Assembly (NCBI GenBank): GCA_965277285.1
Contig: OZ255721.1
Location: 3,520,001 to 3,584,000, forward strand
Direction: 5' to 3'
Source: Abditibacteriaceae bacterium
GTDB lineage: Bacteria > Armatimonadota > Abditibacteriia > Abditibacteriales > Abditibacteriaceae
Length of the DNA stretch: 64,000 nt
The position numbers and the translations under genes were made by a program. The notes beneath the pieces are model-generated. The model was not told the DNA's origin, ran no database searches, and saw only the letters and a program-made list of their open reading frames with translations. The first letter of the stretch is position 1. Every line of letters starts with the position of its first letter. Shown piece after piece: positions 1 to 9,341 of this stretch.

Positions 1-1
1 C

Positions 2-568
2 GCGAAATTGTCCGGCGTCGATTGGAATCTGCTGACCTCTCGTGAAACTGGCAAGGACAAAACGCGCGATTTAGGTTCGCAAACGAAAAACGGTTTATCG
101 GTGCGCGCTTTGATGACGTGCTTGGTTTTCGCCAAAGCGATGGCGTGGTTCAGAGGCAACAGCGAAGTTTCGTTTGAAGACGTGCGCCAGATTTTGCCCT
201 TTGTTTTGCACGACAAATTGGCGCAGGACGCCGATTCGCCGTGGTTCGAGCAAAGCGGTAACGCGGTTTATCGCATCGATAAAATCGGTTGGATTCGCCG
301 CTTGTTCGACTTGTCGTGTCAGGAATATGAACGCTTGAATCTCGACCGCGACGATGTTGTCGCCGTTTTGTGGGACGAGTTCAAGCGCGGCCTGGAAAGT
401 TTGGACGAGCGCGAAGTGCGCAATCGCCTGGTGAAAATCGAGCGCGTTTTAACCGATTGGAGCCGCAACCGCAAAGTTTACGGCTCGACCTTCGACGACA
501 TTTTAACGCTCAAATATATGCACCAACGTTACACGAATTATTTGAAATGGCTGCATTGGAAAGGCTGA
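2..568 (+). CDS. MoxR-family AAA+ ATPase, C-terminal part (5' end outside window)
   Basis: The frame is open from the window edge. GLSVRALMTCLVFAKAMAWFRG..VSFEDVRQILPFVL resembles the MoxR lid signature (GxSxR..AKAxA..GR..V..EDV..VL), and a VWA gene lies downstream. Confidence 0.7.
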   Translation, partial: AKLSGVDWNLLTSRETGKDKTRDLGSQTKNGLSVRALMTCLVFAKAMAWFRGNSEVSFEDVRQILPFVLHDKLAQDADSPWFEQSGNAVYRIDKIGWIRRLFDLSCQEYERLNLDRDDVVAVLWDEFKRGLESLDEREVRNRLVKIERVLTDWSRNRKVYGSTFDDILTLKYMHQRYTNYLKWLHWKG

Positions 569-571
569 ACT

Positions 572-669
572 TGTAGGGACATGGCAAGCCATGTCCGCGA
601 TACATGGTATTTGCGCTATATCGAGTACTCAAACCGACAATTGCGGACATGGCAAGCTATGTCCCTACA
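572..669. repeat. GTAG-type REP-like inverted pair with a palindrome variant in the spacer
   Basis: TGTAGGGACATGGCAAGCCATGTCCGC ... GCGGACATGGCAAGCTATGTCCCTACA; TCGAGTACTCAA at 621. Confidence 0.8.
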
Positions 670-671
670 TT

Positions 672-1661
672 ATGAACGACGCTTTTACTGCTGTTCTCGA
701 ACGCAATCGCCGTGGCTTCAACGCGCAGTTTATGCAGGCGCGGCAGATGGCGCCGTCGTTGGATGGCGAAGAGTTTGCGGCACATTTGCGCGGGAACGTC
801 GCGCCGATTGTTGGAGCGTGCGACGCGATTTCTTCCGAGCGAACGCACGAAGTCGTCGAGGTTTTGTATGAACTTTCGTTGCAATTGATGAGCAAAGGTT
901 TGCTGGGCAACCAAACGCGAAACCCGTTGTTGCAAAAGGCGTGGACGCAATTGTTGCCGCATTTGGCGAACCAAATTGTTCTGTCGCCGCGCCGCGTTGT
1001 GGGCAGCGTTTGCAACGCGGTTGTCGCCTTGTCGCAAACGCCCAAAGTGCGAGCCGAGAATTGGATGCAAATGATGCGCGAAGTCGCGCCGGCGTGCGCC
1101 GATGTCGAAACATTCCTATGCGCTGGACGTGTCCTCGCGTGGCGTTGCGGAATGGCACATACGCGCGAAAACGCTTTGCATCTCGGGCGAAGTTTGCCCG
1201 CGAACATCGTGCGTTTCCTGTTCAATTTGCCCAACGATACAACGTCCGCAGCTTTGGAACAAATGTGGTCGAATCTGCAAAACGATGTCTGGATTTCTCC
1301 AACCGAAGCCGCCGTTTCGAGTCCTCGATCTTCCAGTTTGAAACTTGTGGCGCAAGTCGGCGACTTTCGCGGCTTTGGCGGAAACTTCCAATCGCCGCCG
1401 CGCGTGACGAGCGAAAACGGCGCGTTTTATGTTTCCGAGCAATCGCAAAGCTGGCGAATTTTCGCCGATGTTTTCGGCGCGACGTTGATTCGCGTGCGCG
1501 GCGAAGTGGTGGCTTCACCAAGTTCTTTCGCGTCTGTGCCAAATTGGAATCGAGTACTCGAAACGTTTCCCGAAGCGCAAAACGCTCTTTCGACGGCGTT
1601 CGACGGACGAACCATCGCTCTTACAATGGCGACTTCGCATCGCGTGTTCTTGTTTGCGTGA
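672..1661 (+). CDS. Hypothetical protein of the MoxR/VWA operon
   Basis: Long ORF. The ORF-track start at 591 lies inside a REP hairpin, so ATG 672 (MNDAFTA) is preferred. Confidence 0.7.
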   Translation: MNDAFTAVLERNRRGFNAQFMQARQMAPSLDGEEFAAHLRGNVAPIVGACDAISSERTHEVVEVLYELSLQLMSKGLLGNQTRNPLLQKAWTQLLPHLANQIVLSPRRVVGSVCNAVVALSQTPKVRAENWMQMMREVAPACADVETFLCAGRVLAWRCGMAHTRENALHLGRSLPANIVRFLFNLPNDTTSAALEQMWSNLQNDVWISPTEAAVSSPRSSSLKLVAQVGDFRGFGGNFQSPPRVTSENGAFYVSEQSQSWRIFADVFGATLIRVRGEVVASPSSFASVPNWNRVLETFPEAQNALSTAFDGRTIALTMATSHRVFLFA

Positions 1662-1670
1662 AAAATATAA

Positions 1671-1787
1671 CGCCCGCCCATGAATGAGCGGGCTGAATCA
1701 ACAAGACCGCTAAAGCGGCCTCCAGTACGCGAATCCCAGTCCCATTTATGGGGCTTATTCATCAGCCCGCTCATTCATGGGCGGGCG
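1671..1787. repeat. Intergenic inverted repeat (REP/MITE-like)
   Basis: CGCCCGCCCATGAATGAGCGGGCTGA (1671-1696) and its reverse complement TCAGCCCGCTCATTCATGGGCGGGCG (1762-1787). Confidence 0.8.
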
Positions 1788-1795
1788 CTTGCTCT

Positions 1796-3574
1796 ATGGC
1801 TCTCAACCTCACAACCGAAATGCAAACTTTGCGCGCCCAATGGCAAGCCGCGTGGCCGGACGCGTTGGCCACTTGGAGCCGTTTTACACGCTTGCAGGAA
1901 CCGCGTTTTTGCATTTCGCGGGAACAGGAAAAACAAGAAGGTTTGACCGGCAGTTTTGCCATGATTCGGCTGGATGACCACGCTGTTGTGATTTCGCTGA
2001 AGCAAATTCAGGAAAGCGGTTTGAACGATTTCGCGCTGCCGATTTTGGCGCACGAAATCGGGCATCACATTTTGTGTCCGGGCGATTTGGGCGATCATGC
2101 GCGAACTCTGGCGCGAATGCGTTACGCTTTGCCGACCAAAGAAATCCACGCGCCGATGATCGCCAACCTTTACACCGATTTGCTGATTAACGACCGCTTG
2201 CAAAAACAAAATAATTTGCCGATGGACGCCATCTATCGAGTACTCGAAAGCCGCAAAAGTGAAGTGGAAACCTCGCAGTTATGGACGTTTTATTTGCGCA
2301 CTTACGAAGTGTTGTGGAGCTTGCCCAAAGGCGATCTGGCGCATGGCACTTGGAGCGATTCGCTCGAAGCGGACGCCGTTTTAGGAGCGCGCGTCGTGCG
2401 TTCATATGCCAAAGATTGGCTGCGCGGCAGCGGGCGTTTCGCGGCGCTTTGCCTGACTTATTTGATGAACGACGACAATTCCGCAGAGCAAAACGCCGTC
2501 AAAGTTTGGCTCGATGCGGCGGGCGCGATGACCAACGGCGACGCAATCCCCGACGGACTTTGCGAAATGGACGACGACGAAATCGAGAGCGCGCGGCATC
2601 CGGCTTTCGATGAGCAGTTGTCGGGCATTCGCAATCAGGTCGTGCCGCAGGAAAACGTTCTCTCACCGCAAGATTCGCAAGGCACAATCGGAACTGGAAC
2701 CGATCCGCAATCGAGTACTCGATACCGCGACGTGGGCGAATACATTGATATTTTGCGCAGCCTGGGCGTGAAATTGTCGGATCACGAAATTGCGATTCGC
2801 TATTACCGCGAGCGCGCCTTGCCGCACTTGATTCGCTTTCCGGTCAGAATGAAGCCGCAAGCGAGCGAACCGTCGCCCGAAGGAATTGAAGCGTGGGAAG
2901 CGGGCGAGCCTTTGCAGCAAATCGACTGGCTGCAAACCACGTTGAACAATCCGTTTGTGATTCCTGGATATACGACGGTGCAGCGCATTTACGGCGATTC
3001 GCCGGGCAGCGATCCGCAGCGCGAAGCGGACGACCTTTATCTGGGCATCGATTGTTCGGGTTCGATGCCCAATCCTCAGCAGCAGTTGTCGTTTCCGGTT
3101 TTGGCGGCGACGATTATGGCGTTGTCGGCGTTGCGAGCCGGTGCGCGCGTGATGGCGGTTTTGTCGGGCGACCCTGGCCCGATGGTTTCGAGTGGCGACT
3201 TTGTGCGCGACGAACATCGAGTACTCGAAACCTTGACCGGCTACCTGGGAACGGGTTACGCGTTTGGCGTGCATCACATGGCAGGAACGTTTGAAACGCG
3301 CGATAAAGCGCGGCCTGCGCATATCGTTCTGGTTACGGACGCCGATTTGTTCCACATGATGGACGAAGGAAAGCCTGTTGATAACTGGACGCGAGCGCAT
3401 AATTCTCTGCTGCGTGCGGGCAAAGGCACTTGCGCTTTGAACATTGACGAAGCGCAGCACAAAGAACGCGTTGCACGTTTGCGCGCTGATGGTTGGCGCG
3501 TCCACAGCGTGCGCGACTGGAACGAACTGATGGAATTCGCGCGCAACTTTAGCCGCGAAAACTACGAGAAATGA
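1796..3574 (+). CDS. VWA-domain protein with an N-terminal HExxH metallopeptidase-like region
   Basis: LAHEIGHH zinc motif, IDCSGSM MIDAS motif and VLVTDAD. Start set at MALNLTTE, after the inverted repeat. Confidence 0.8.
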   Translation: MALNLTTEMQTLRAQWQAAWPDALATWSRFTRLQEPRFCISREQEKQEGLTGSFAMIRLDDHAVVISLKQIQESGLNDFALPILAHEIGHHILCPGDLGDHARTLARMRYALPTKEIHAPMIANLYTDLLINDRLQKQNNLPMDAIYRVLESRKSEVETSQLWTFYLRTYEVLWSLPKGDLAHGTWSDSLEADAVLGARVVRSYAKDWLRGSGRFAALCLTYLMNDDNSAEQNAVKVWLDAAGAMTNGDAIPDGLCEMDDDEIESARHPAFDEQLSGIRNQVVPQENVLSPQDSQGTIGTGTDPQSSTRYRDVGEYIDILRSLGVKLSDHEIAIRYYRERALPHLIRFPVRMKPQASEPSPEGIEAWEAGEPLQQIDWLQTTLNNPFVIPGYTTVQRIYGDSPGSDPQREADDLYLGIDCSGSMPNPQQQLSFPVLAATIMALSALRAGARVMAVLSGDPGPMVSSGDFVRDEHRVLETLTGYLGTGYAFGVHHMAGTFETRDKARPAHIVLVTDADLFHMMDEGKPVDNWTRAHNSLLRAGKGTCALNIDEAQHKERVARLRADGWRVHSVRDWNELMEFARNFSRENYEK

Positions 3575-3617
3575 TTCACCGCAGAGAACGCTGAGGGAAA
3601 AACAATGAGCGATGAAT

Positions 3618-3697
3618 TGTAGAGGCGTCAGCTTGCTGCGCCCGTCTTTCTGCAATCGAGTACTCGAACACGGGCGCAGCAAGCTGACGCCCCTACA
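3618..3697. repeat. GTAG-type REP-like inverted pair enclosing the 12-bp palindrome
   Basis: TGTAGAGGCGTCAGCTTGCTGCGCCCGT ... ACGGGCGCAGCAAGCTGACGCCCCTACA; near-identical element at 41063-41130. Confidence 0.85.
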
Positions 3698-3737
3698 TTC
3701 CTTTTCTCTGCGCCTTCGAGGTGCATAAACTGAAACC

Positions 3738-4328
3738 ATGCAAAACGAAGGCTGCTCGCTTCAACAATTGACGCATCGCCTGGCCGAATGTCCGGCGGAT
3801 TTTCTGGCTGAACCCGCGATGAATGGGCGCGGCGAAGTCTTTGTGGCCGCTGTTGTCGGCGACTTGCTGCGTGACCTGGGAATGGGCGTTCCATTGCAAA
3901 TCACAACGTTTTTTAACGTATCCGCCGAAAAGCGCAATTGGTTGCAATTGGTTTTGGTCGCGTCATGGTTGCTGCATGACGATTGGTTTTTGTCGAACGT
4001 CAAACTGAATATCGAGTACTCGAAAGGCGCTTTGCAATGGCTTTCCAGCGGCTTGAACGACCTTTCTCTGGTCGTCGATGCGCCGCAATTTGTAAATGAT
4101 CCTGACCGCCGCGAAGAATTGGCGCGTTTGGCTTTAGCAGCTTTGGGTTTGCATCCGCAAGGCGAAAGCGTCGCGCAAGCCCAAAGCCGCCTGACGACAT
4201 TGGACAGCATCGAGCGCCAGCGCGTCGTGTTCCAAACGCGCAAAGCGCAACAACGCGCGCAAGAAATCCGCGAAGCGATGCAGGAAAAAGCCCGCCAGGA
4301 AGCCGCCGCGCGCTATACGCGCGAGTGA
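3738..4328 (+). CDS. Hypothetical protein with a C-terminal coiled coil
   Basis: 196-aa ORF co-oriented in the operon; contains DPDRREELARL and a Q/E/R-rich helical tail. Confidence 0.75.
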   Translation: MQNEGCSLQQLTHRLAECPADFLAEPAMNGRGEVFVAAVVGDLLRDLGMGVPLQITTFFNVSAEKRNWLQLVLVASWLLHDDWFLSNVKLNIEYSKGALQWLSSGLNDLSLVVDAPQFVNDPDRREELARLALAALGLHPQGESVAQAQSRLTTLDSIERQRVVFQTRKAQQRAQEIREAMQEKARQEAAARYTRE

Positions 4329-4371
4329 AACAGAGAAACGTCGCGCAACGCTTGAATATGCAGGATTGAAA

Positions 4372-5718
4372 ATGTCTCTTTCCGATGAACAACGCTTTCC
4401 TTTATTGGATGAACACGGCGCGCAGAACTTGAAATGGCTGCGCGAACATCCTCACGCGCCCATCTGGAATTACGCGTGCGGCGATATGTTGTCGGACGAT
4501 TCGTTGCGCCGCGTTCGACAATTTAGTAGCGAGTTGCAACAACAAAGCGGTTGGCAACGCGGCCAAATTCCCCATTGGTTGCAAAAATTCACTGATTTTT
4601 GTCTTCAGGAAGTGCCATTTTATCGCAATCGCCAATCGAGTACTCGAAACGATGATTTCTTCAGTTTGCCGACGACTTCCCGCCGAGACATCGCGCGCGA
4701 GGCGTGGAGTTTCGTGCCCGATGGACAATCGCTTGACGAACTAATTTTGTATCCGACTTCGGGCACAACGGGCGCGCCTCTACCGATTTTGTCGCACCCG
4801 CGCACGACTTCGATGTATTTGCCGCTGCTGGAAAAAGCCTTGTCGCTGCACGGCGTGGCGCTCGAAAAATCGTCGTCGCGCGTGGCGATTGCTTTAGTTT
4901 GCGCGCAAAAGAAAACCTTGACTTATCTCAGCATTTCGTCGGTTCTGGAGAACGCGGGTTTCGTCAAAATCAACTTGAACCGCGACGATTGGCGCGATGA
5001 AAATGATGCCGCGAAGTTTCTCGAAAGTTGCGCGCCGCAAATCATCACCGGCGATCCGGTTTCCTTCGCCGAACTGATGAAACTGCAATCGAGTACTCGA
5101 TGTTCGCTCCAGCCGCGCGCTCTGATTTCTTCAGCGACAACGCTTTTACCGGCTTTGAAAAATCAACTCGAAGTGTATTTCCATTGTCCGGTTCTCGATA
5201 TTTATTCAACCAACGAAGCTGGCATGACAGCGGTTGCGACCGGCGAAGGCTGGGAGATTTTGCCGCACGATCTCTATCTCGAAACCTTGCGCGCCGATGG
5301 CACGCCTTGCGACGAGCTTGAAGTCGGCGAAATTGTTATCAGCGGCGGACGCAATCCGTTTTTGCCACTGTTGCGTTATCGCACCGGCGATTTTGGACGC
5401 CTGCAATTTCGAGAAAACCAAATGCCGCTCTTGCTCGATTTCGCGGGACGCGCGCCAGTTTGTTTTCGGGACGCGAACAACGCCGTTTTGACCAGCGTGG
5501 ATGTCGCCAATGCCCTGCGACCATTCACGCTTTCGCATTTCACGATTCATCAAAACGCGGATCGTTCGTTGCTATTGTGCGTGCCACCAAACGCTGCGAA
5601 TGAGGCCGATTTGCGACGCGCTTTGCAAACATCGTTCGGCGCGTTGCCGTTGCAGATCGAAGCGTTTGCCGATTCCGACGAGACATTAAAAACGCTTTAT
5701 AGTAGCGATGTCAATTAG
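4372..5718 (+). CDS. Phenylacetate-CoA ligase family (CapK-like) adenylate-forming enzyme
   Basis: TSGTTG P-loop, YSTNEAG and PLLRYRTGD motifs. Start could be 4366 or 4372. Confidence 0.85.
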   Translation: MSLSDEQRFPLLDEHGAQNLKWLREHPHAPIWNYACGDMLSDDSLRRVRQFSSELQQQSGWQRGQIPHWLQKFTDFCLQEVPFYRNRQSSTRNDDFFSLPTTSRRDIAREAWSFVPDGQSLDELILYPTSGTTGAPLPILSHPRTTSMYLPLLEKALSLHGVALEKSSSRVAIALVCAQKKTLTYLSISSVLENAGFVKINLNRDDWRDENDAAKFLESCAPQIITGDPVSFAELMKLQSSTRCSLQPRALISSATTLLPALKNQLEVYFHCPVLDIYSTNEAGMTAVATGEGWEILPHDLYLETLRADGTPCDELEVGEIVISGGRNPFLPLLRYRTGDFGRLQFRENQMPLLLDFAGRAPVCFRDANNAVLTSVDVANALRPFTLSHFTIHQNADRSLLLCVPPNAANEADLRRALQTSFGALPLQIEAFADSDETLKTLYSSDVN

Positions 5719-5721
5719 GAA

Positions 5722-5864
5722 ATAACGAACCCGGGTGCCCTCTGGGCGGACGTGAGCGCCGGGTCTTCTCTTTGATAGTGCTTTGTGTGTTGAAGCGATT
5801 CATAAACATTATCGACAAAAGACCCGTCGCTCACGTCCGCCCAGAGGGCACTCAGGTTCGTTAT
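5722..5864. repeat. Long inverted repeat (about 46-bp arms), MITE-like
   Basis: ATAACGAACCCGGGTGCCCTCTGGGCGGACGTGAGCGCCGGGTCTT versus AAGACCCGTCGCTCACGTCCGCCCAGAGGGCACTCAGGTTCGTTAT; abuts the palindrome at 5864. Confidence 0.85.
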
Positions 5865-5981
5865 CGAGTACTCGAAGTTCAATTCAATGTGCTGAATTGT
5901 TTTCCCATTGCAAATGCGGCAAGCCTTTTTTGCGCCGAACCAAACGTGCGTTTGTCCTGCCAATTGCGGCGGTAGTCGATT

Positions 5982-6260
5982 TTACTGTGTTGACGCGACG
6001 CGACGCGCCAGAAGCCACAACCAGTACACGTTGAAAGCGATGTGCCAGATTTCCAAATGCACGAAAACCGACGTGACGAGCGCCCACGGCTGGCCTTCCC
6101 AAACGGCGCGGTCGGGAAAATAACCCCAATGTGCGGCTGCCGCCCACGACTTATCGCCCGACAAGTTCAGCGCGAGGAAAACCATCACGCAAAACGCGCA
6201 CGCCGAAGCCGTCAAAGGCGCCGTAAAAATCTTGGAGCGAAAAAGAGATTCAAATCGCAT
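5982..6260 (-). pseudogene. Truncated rhomboid-family intramembrane protease (N-terminal half only)
   Basis: GQPWALVTSVFVHLEIWHIAFN matches the rhomboid WRxxT..FxHxxxxHxxxN motif. It stops at 92 aa and I saw no GxSG catalytic half in other frames. Confidence 0.7.
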
Positions 6261-6432
6261 GAACTTGGTGAATGGAAGGCAGCAAAAACAAGTTGTGCGC
6301 GGCTGTCGCGTTCTTTCTCAATCGGCTACGAACAGCGCAACGCCCGCAATACCTCGGATGGTTAGTATGAGAAAATTTGAACGTGTTCGAGTACTCGATT
6401 TCTGGTGTTGTGCGTACGCTTATAAGAACACA

Positions 6433-7455
6433 TCATTCTATGCCAAACTGCTGTTCTAAGGCGGGGAGATGAGCGCGTGCCACATCGAGCAACATTAGTG
6501 TCTTGCTGATTTCTCTGGTACCCAAAAGCTGTTCCGCCGCGTCAGCCGTGACCAAACCCAGTGAGCGCTGCATATTGAATTTTAGCCAACCACACCAATT
6601 TCCCATATAAGCCTGCAGACCACAACGAACCTGTTTTGCGGCCAGCGGAGTCTCACGACGGTAGCCTTGCAGGAAGGCTTCGAAGGTTGCGGCATTGGGA
6701 TGACCTTCGGCTTGACCACTCCAGTCCAAAGCGGCTCCGACCGCTTCGATGGCGGGTTGAACGTATCCAGCACATTCCCAATCGATAAGCCATGGAGTGT
6801 GGTTGTCAAACCAGAGTACGTTTTTTTGATCAAGGTCGCCATGACTGATTACCCAGCGATCCGGCAACAACTGTTTCGCCTTTTCCGACAGAGACTTCCA
6901 GAGCAAAATCTCGGGAAGTAACTCCCTAACCTGCGCCGCCCACACGCTTTGTTGCTGTTCACCTTTATCTAACAGCATGATCCAATCGGCAGCCTCTGAT
7001 GGTTCTTCAACGAAGTCGGGGGCTGGCAAAGGAGCGTGCAATTCTGCGAAATGCAGACGTAACCCATGAATACGCCCCAAGATGCTTCCGATTTGATGCG
7101 CGTGAGCGGGTTCGGTGGATGACGCCGAGAGCGTGAATCCGTCAATCCAGGGGAACAACATCACGGTAGCTGAGCCAACATCATGAATCACGTCACCACA
7201 ACTTTCGATAGCACCGATAACCGGTAGTTGAGCGGCAGACACCGCCGCTGCAATCCGTTCGCTCAATCGAAACTTGGCGCGTACATCCGCGTAACCCATA
7301 ACGGTAGGATTAAGCACTTTGACAGCAAAGTCACCATGCGTTGTGCGAATACGATACATGTGATGCAGTAACCCGCCGGTGACTCGCTGAGGAGCGCCCA
7401 AAGGCGTTCCCAAAGCATATAATTCGTACAACTTCTCCAACATTTGCCTATTCAT
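6433..7455 (-). CDS. Aminoglycoside phosphotransferase / choline kinase-like family protein
   Basis: GGLLHHMYR glycine loop, FAVKVL, SHGDLDQKNVL Brenner motif, LIDWE. Confidence 0.85.
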   Translation of the reverse strand: MNRQMLEKLYELYALGTPLGAPQRVTGGLLHHMYRIRTTHGDFAVKVLNPTVMGYADVRAKFRLSERIAAAVSAAQLPVIGAIESCGDVIHDVGSATVMLFPWIDGFTLSASSTEPAHAHQIGSILGRIHGLRLHFAELHAPLPAPDFVEEPSEAADWIMLLDKGEQQQSVWAAQVRELLPEILLWKSLSEKAKQLLPDRWVISHGDLDQKNVLWFDNHTPWLIDWECAGYVQPAIEAVGAALDWSGQAEGHPNAATFEAFLQGYRRETPLAAKQVRCGLQAYMGNWCGWLKFNMQRSLGLVTADAAEQLLGTREISKTLMLLDVARAHLPALEQQFGIE

Positions 7456-7517
7456 AATCGCTTTGTGCCTGCTATTGGGGCGCAGCAACTTCGCTCCGCC
7501 TCTTTCTGGTAGCGAAG

Positions 7518-7598
7518 GCCGTCAAAGGCGCCGTATAAAGCTTGGAGCGAAAAAGAGATTCTATTCGCATGAACTCAGTGAATCAAAGGCAGCCAAAA
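7518..7598 (-). repeat. Second, diverged copy of the rhomboid 5' region (direct repeat of 6208-6288)
   Basis: Aligns without gaps at offset 1310; encodes MRIESLFRSKLYTAPLTA versus MRFESLFRSKIFTAPLTA. Confidence 0.9.
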
Positions 7599-7651
7599 TC
7601 AAGAGCAAAAGTTAAGGAATCGAGTACTCGATTGTAAGCGAAAATCAAGAC

Positions 7652-8722
7652 TTACGGCTTAACCAAGATGATTTCATCTGCGTTGGTTCCTACCTTCGTG
7701 AAGAGTATGGGAGTTTGCTCCTCCCCCTCATTTTCTGCTGAGAGAAAAGCAACTGCTTGATTGTAGGCTTGTTGCAACGAAAGGCCAAAGCCAATAGCTG
7801 AGTAGAATTGGGCGGAGAAATTACGTGCTGCTTCATCGCCAATGGAAGTTGCCATACCTACAGCCGCATCAACATGTTGTGTCATTTCATCTGCCTGATG
7901 CTGCGAAAAACAGGTGTTAAAAATCACCAGGCGCAAGTTGGAAGCGGATGAAGCTAACATCTGAACAATGGCTGTTTTACTCACAGCTTTCGCATTGCCT
8001 GCGGCGTCTTGAAATATAATTTCATCTGCTCTGCTTCCATGCCCACTAAAATGAACAATCTGCGGCTCGTGTTCATTCAAAGCTTGCAGCAAATCAGAAG
8101 ACCTAACCGCCCAAATTGATTGAAGTTCCACTGCCTCACGGTGCTTTGATGCACGAATTTTCTCTGTAATAGAGCGAACCTCTTCTCCGAGCGCCAGACG
8201 GTTTTCATCTTGTGGGTCGGCAGCACAAAATAAAACCTTAATCTTTGATGGTAACTTTGCCAAGTCAGTCATTGCTTGCCTTCTTATCGCAGATTGTAGT
8301 GCGGATTGACGCTCATACTCTCGCGTCACTTCGCGGCTACGGCGTAGTTGTTCTTCTGTTGTGCGTTTTGTTTCTGCCTCGTGGCGCTTCGCAGCATCCT
8401 GCAACTGACGATTTTCGTACGCCTGTGCATTTGCCAAGTTTGTCTGAGCGCGCCCAAGATCGCTCATCTTGCTGCCCATCCTTTTTTCCAGATCAGAAAT
8501 TGAAGAGGAAATACGCGCACCTTCTGCTTGCTTGGACGCCAATCGTGACATTTCGGAAGCGAGTGATGAGACACTGCTCGACGAATTCATGCTGCGCGTG
8601 ATGGACGATATATCATCGTTGATGCGAGCAATGCGCGCACCTTCGTTTGCAATCTTACTACGCAGATCGCCTATATCGCTTTGCAAACGGGAAACTTCGT
8701 TTTGATAAGAACTCGCTGACAT
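7652..8722 (-). CDS. CHAT (caspase-like) domain protein with an N-terminal coiled coil
   Basis: KVLFCAADP, IVHFSGHG and LVIFNTCFS (His/Cys dyad); RBS GGAGG before MSASSY. Confidence 0.85.
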   Translation of the reverse strand: MSASSYQNEVSRLQSDIGDLRSKIANEGARIARINDDISSITRSMNSSSSVSSLASEMSRLASKQAEGARISSSISDLEKRMGSKMSDLGRAQTNLANAQAYENRQLQDAAKRHEAETKRTTEEQLRRSREVTREYERQSALQSAIRRQAMTDLAKLPSKIKVLFCAADPQDENRLALGEEVRSITEKIRASKHREAVELQSIWAVRSSDLLQALNEHEPQIVHFSGHGSRADEIIFQDAAGNAKAVSKTAIVQMLASSASNLRLVIFNTCFSQHQADEMTQHVDAAVGMATSIGDEAARNFSAQFYSAIGFGLSLQQAYNQAVAFLSAENEGEEQTPILFTKVGTNADEIILVKP

Positions 8723-8744
8723 AAATGCCTCCTTGCTCCTAACG

Positions 8745-9239
8745 TTATCGGTGGAGTGCACGATTCAAAAGAGGAGAAATGTATACGATATAAGCGTATT
8801 CACTATCCTCACGATGTATCTTCACCCAGCCTAATTTACGAAAGAAGTCAATGAAATGGTAAGTAATGAGGAATGGTTGGCCGAGCGATGACGCGATGCT
8901 TTGCACTACCGCGCTTTCCTCATCGTTTACAGTGAGAAGATGAAGGCCGACTTTTTCAGTCAAGTCATCGTAGTTTGGTATGAAAAGTGTGCAAGCTTCG
9001 TCAAAACCTGCGTTTGTCAATCGTACGTGGCCTGGAGCTACCTCAGACAGAAGACCTCTGTCGACCAAGCAGAGAATTGATTCATCAGCTTCCTCTTCTC
9101 TATTACCTGCGTTAACGCAATTCTCTACGATAGAATGTGAGGCATGGTACGAATGATACGCCGTATTAATGTCCGCATCGAATACAATGCGTAGAATGCG
9201 CTTTTCAAGATCGCTCAAGGGAATAAAAACGTCTAACAT
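8745..9239 (-). CDS. Hypothetical protein, possibly winged-helix
   Basis: RBS AAGGAGA before ATG 9239; LVDRGLL...VRLTNAG is wHTH-like; AT-richer than neighbouring genes. Confidence 0.6.
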   Translation of the reverse strand: MLDVFIPLSDLEKRILRIVFDADINTAYHSYHASHSIVENCVNAGNREEEADESILCLVDRGLLSEVAPGHVRLTNAGFDEACTLFIPNYDDLTEKVGLHLLTVNDEESAVVQSIASSLGQPFLITYHFIDFFRKLGWVKIHREDSEYAYIVYISPLLNRALHR

Positions 9240-9341
9240 TTCAAATCTCCTTTCTGTTTTCGCGTTCAATGCAACGAGTGAAGATATTGCCAGATGATGG
9301 GGCGCAGCAAGTTCGCTGCGCCCCTTTCCAGTACTCGATTC

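Noticed and set aside
2663..3739. Long antisense or overlapping ORFs (also 24811-25902, 51317-52459, 53408-54637, 57827-58863, 13893-14855)
   Set aside because: They shadow well-supported genes on the opposite strand and have no recognisable motifs, which is expected at this GC content.
1550..6398. Regularly recurring palindrome as a CRISPR array
   Set aside because: The unit is only 12-14 bp, gaps are hundreds of bp and run through intact genes, and no cas genes are present.
6433..7455. APH-family gene as a proven antibiotic resistance gene
   Set aside because: Only the kinase fold motifs are visible; the substrate cannot be assigned.
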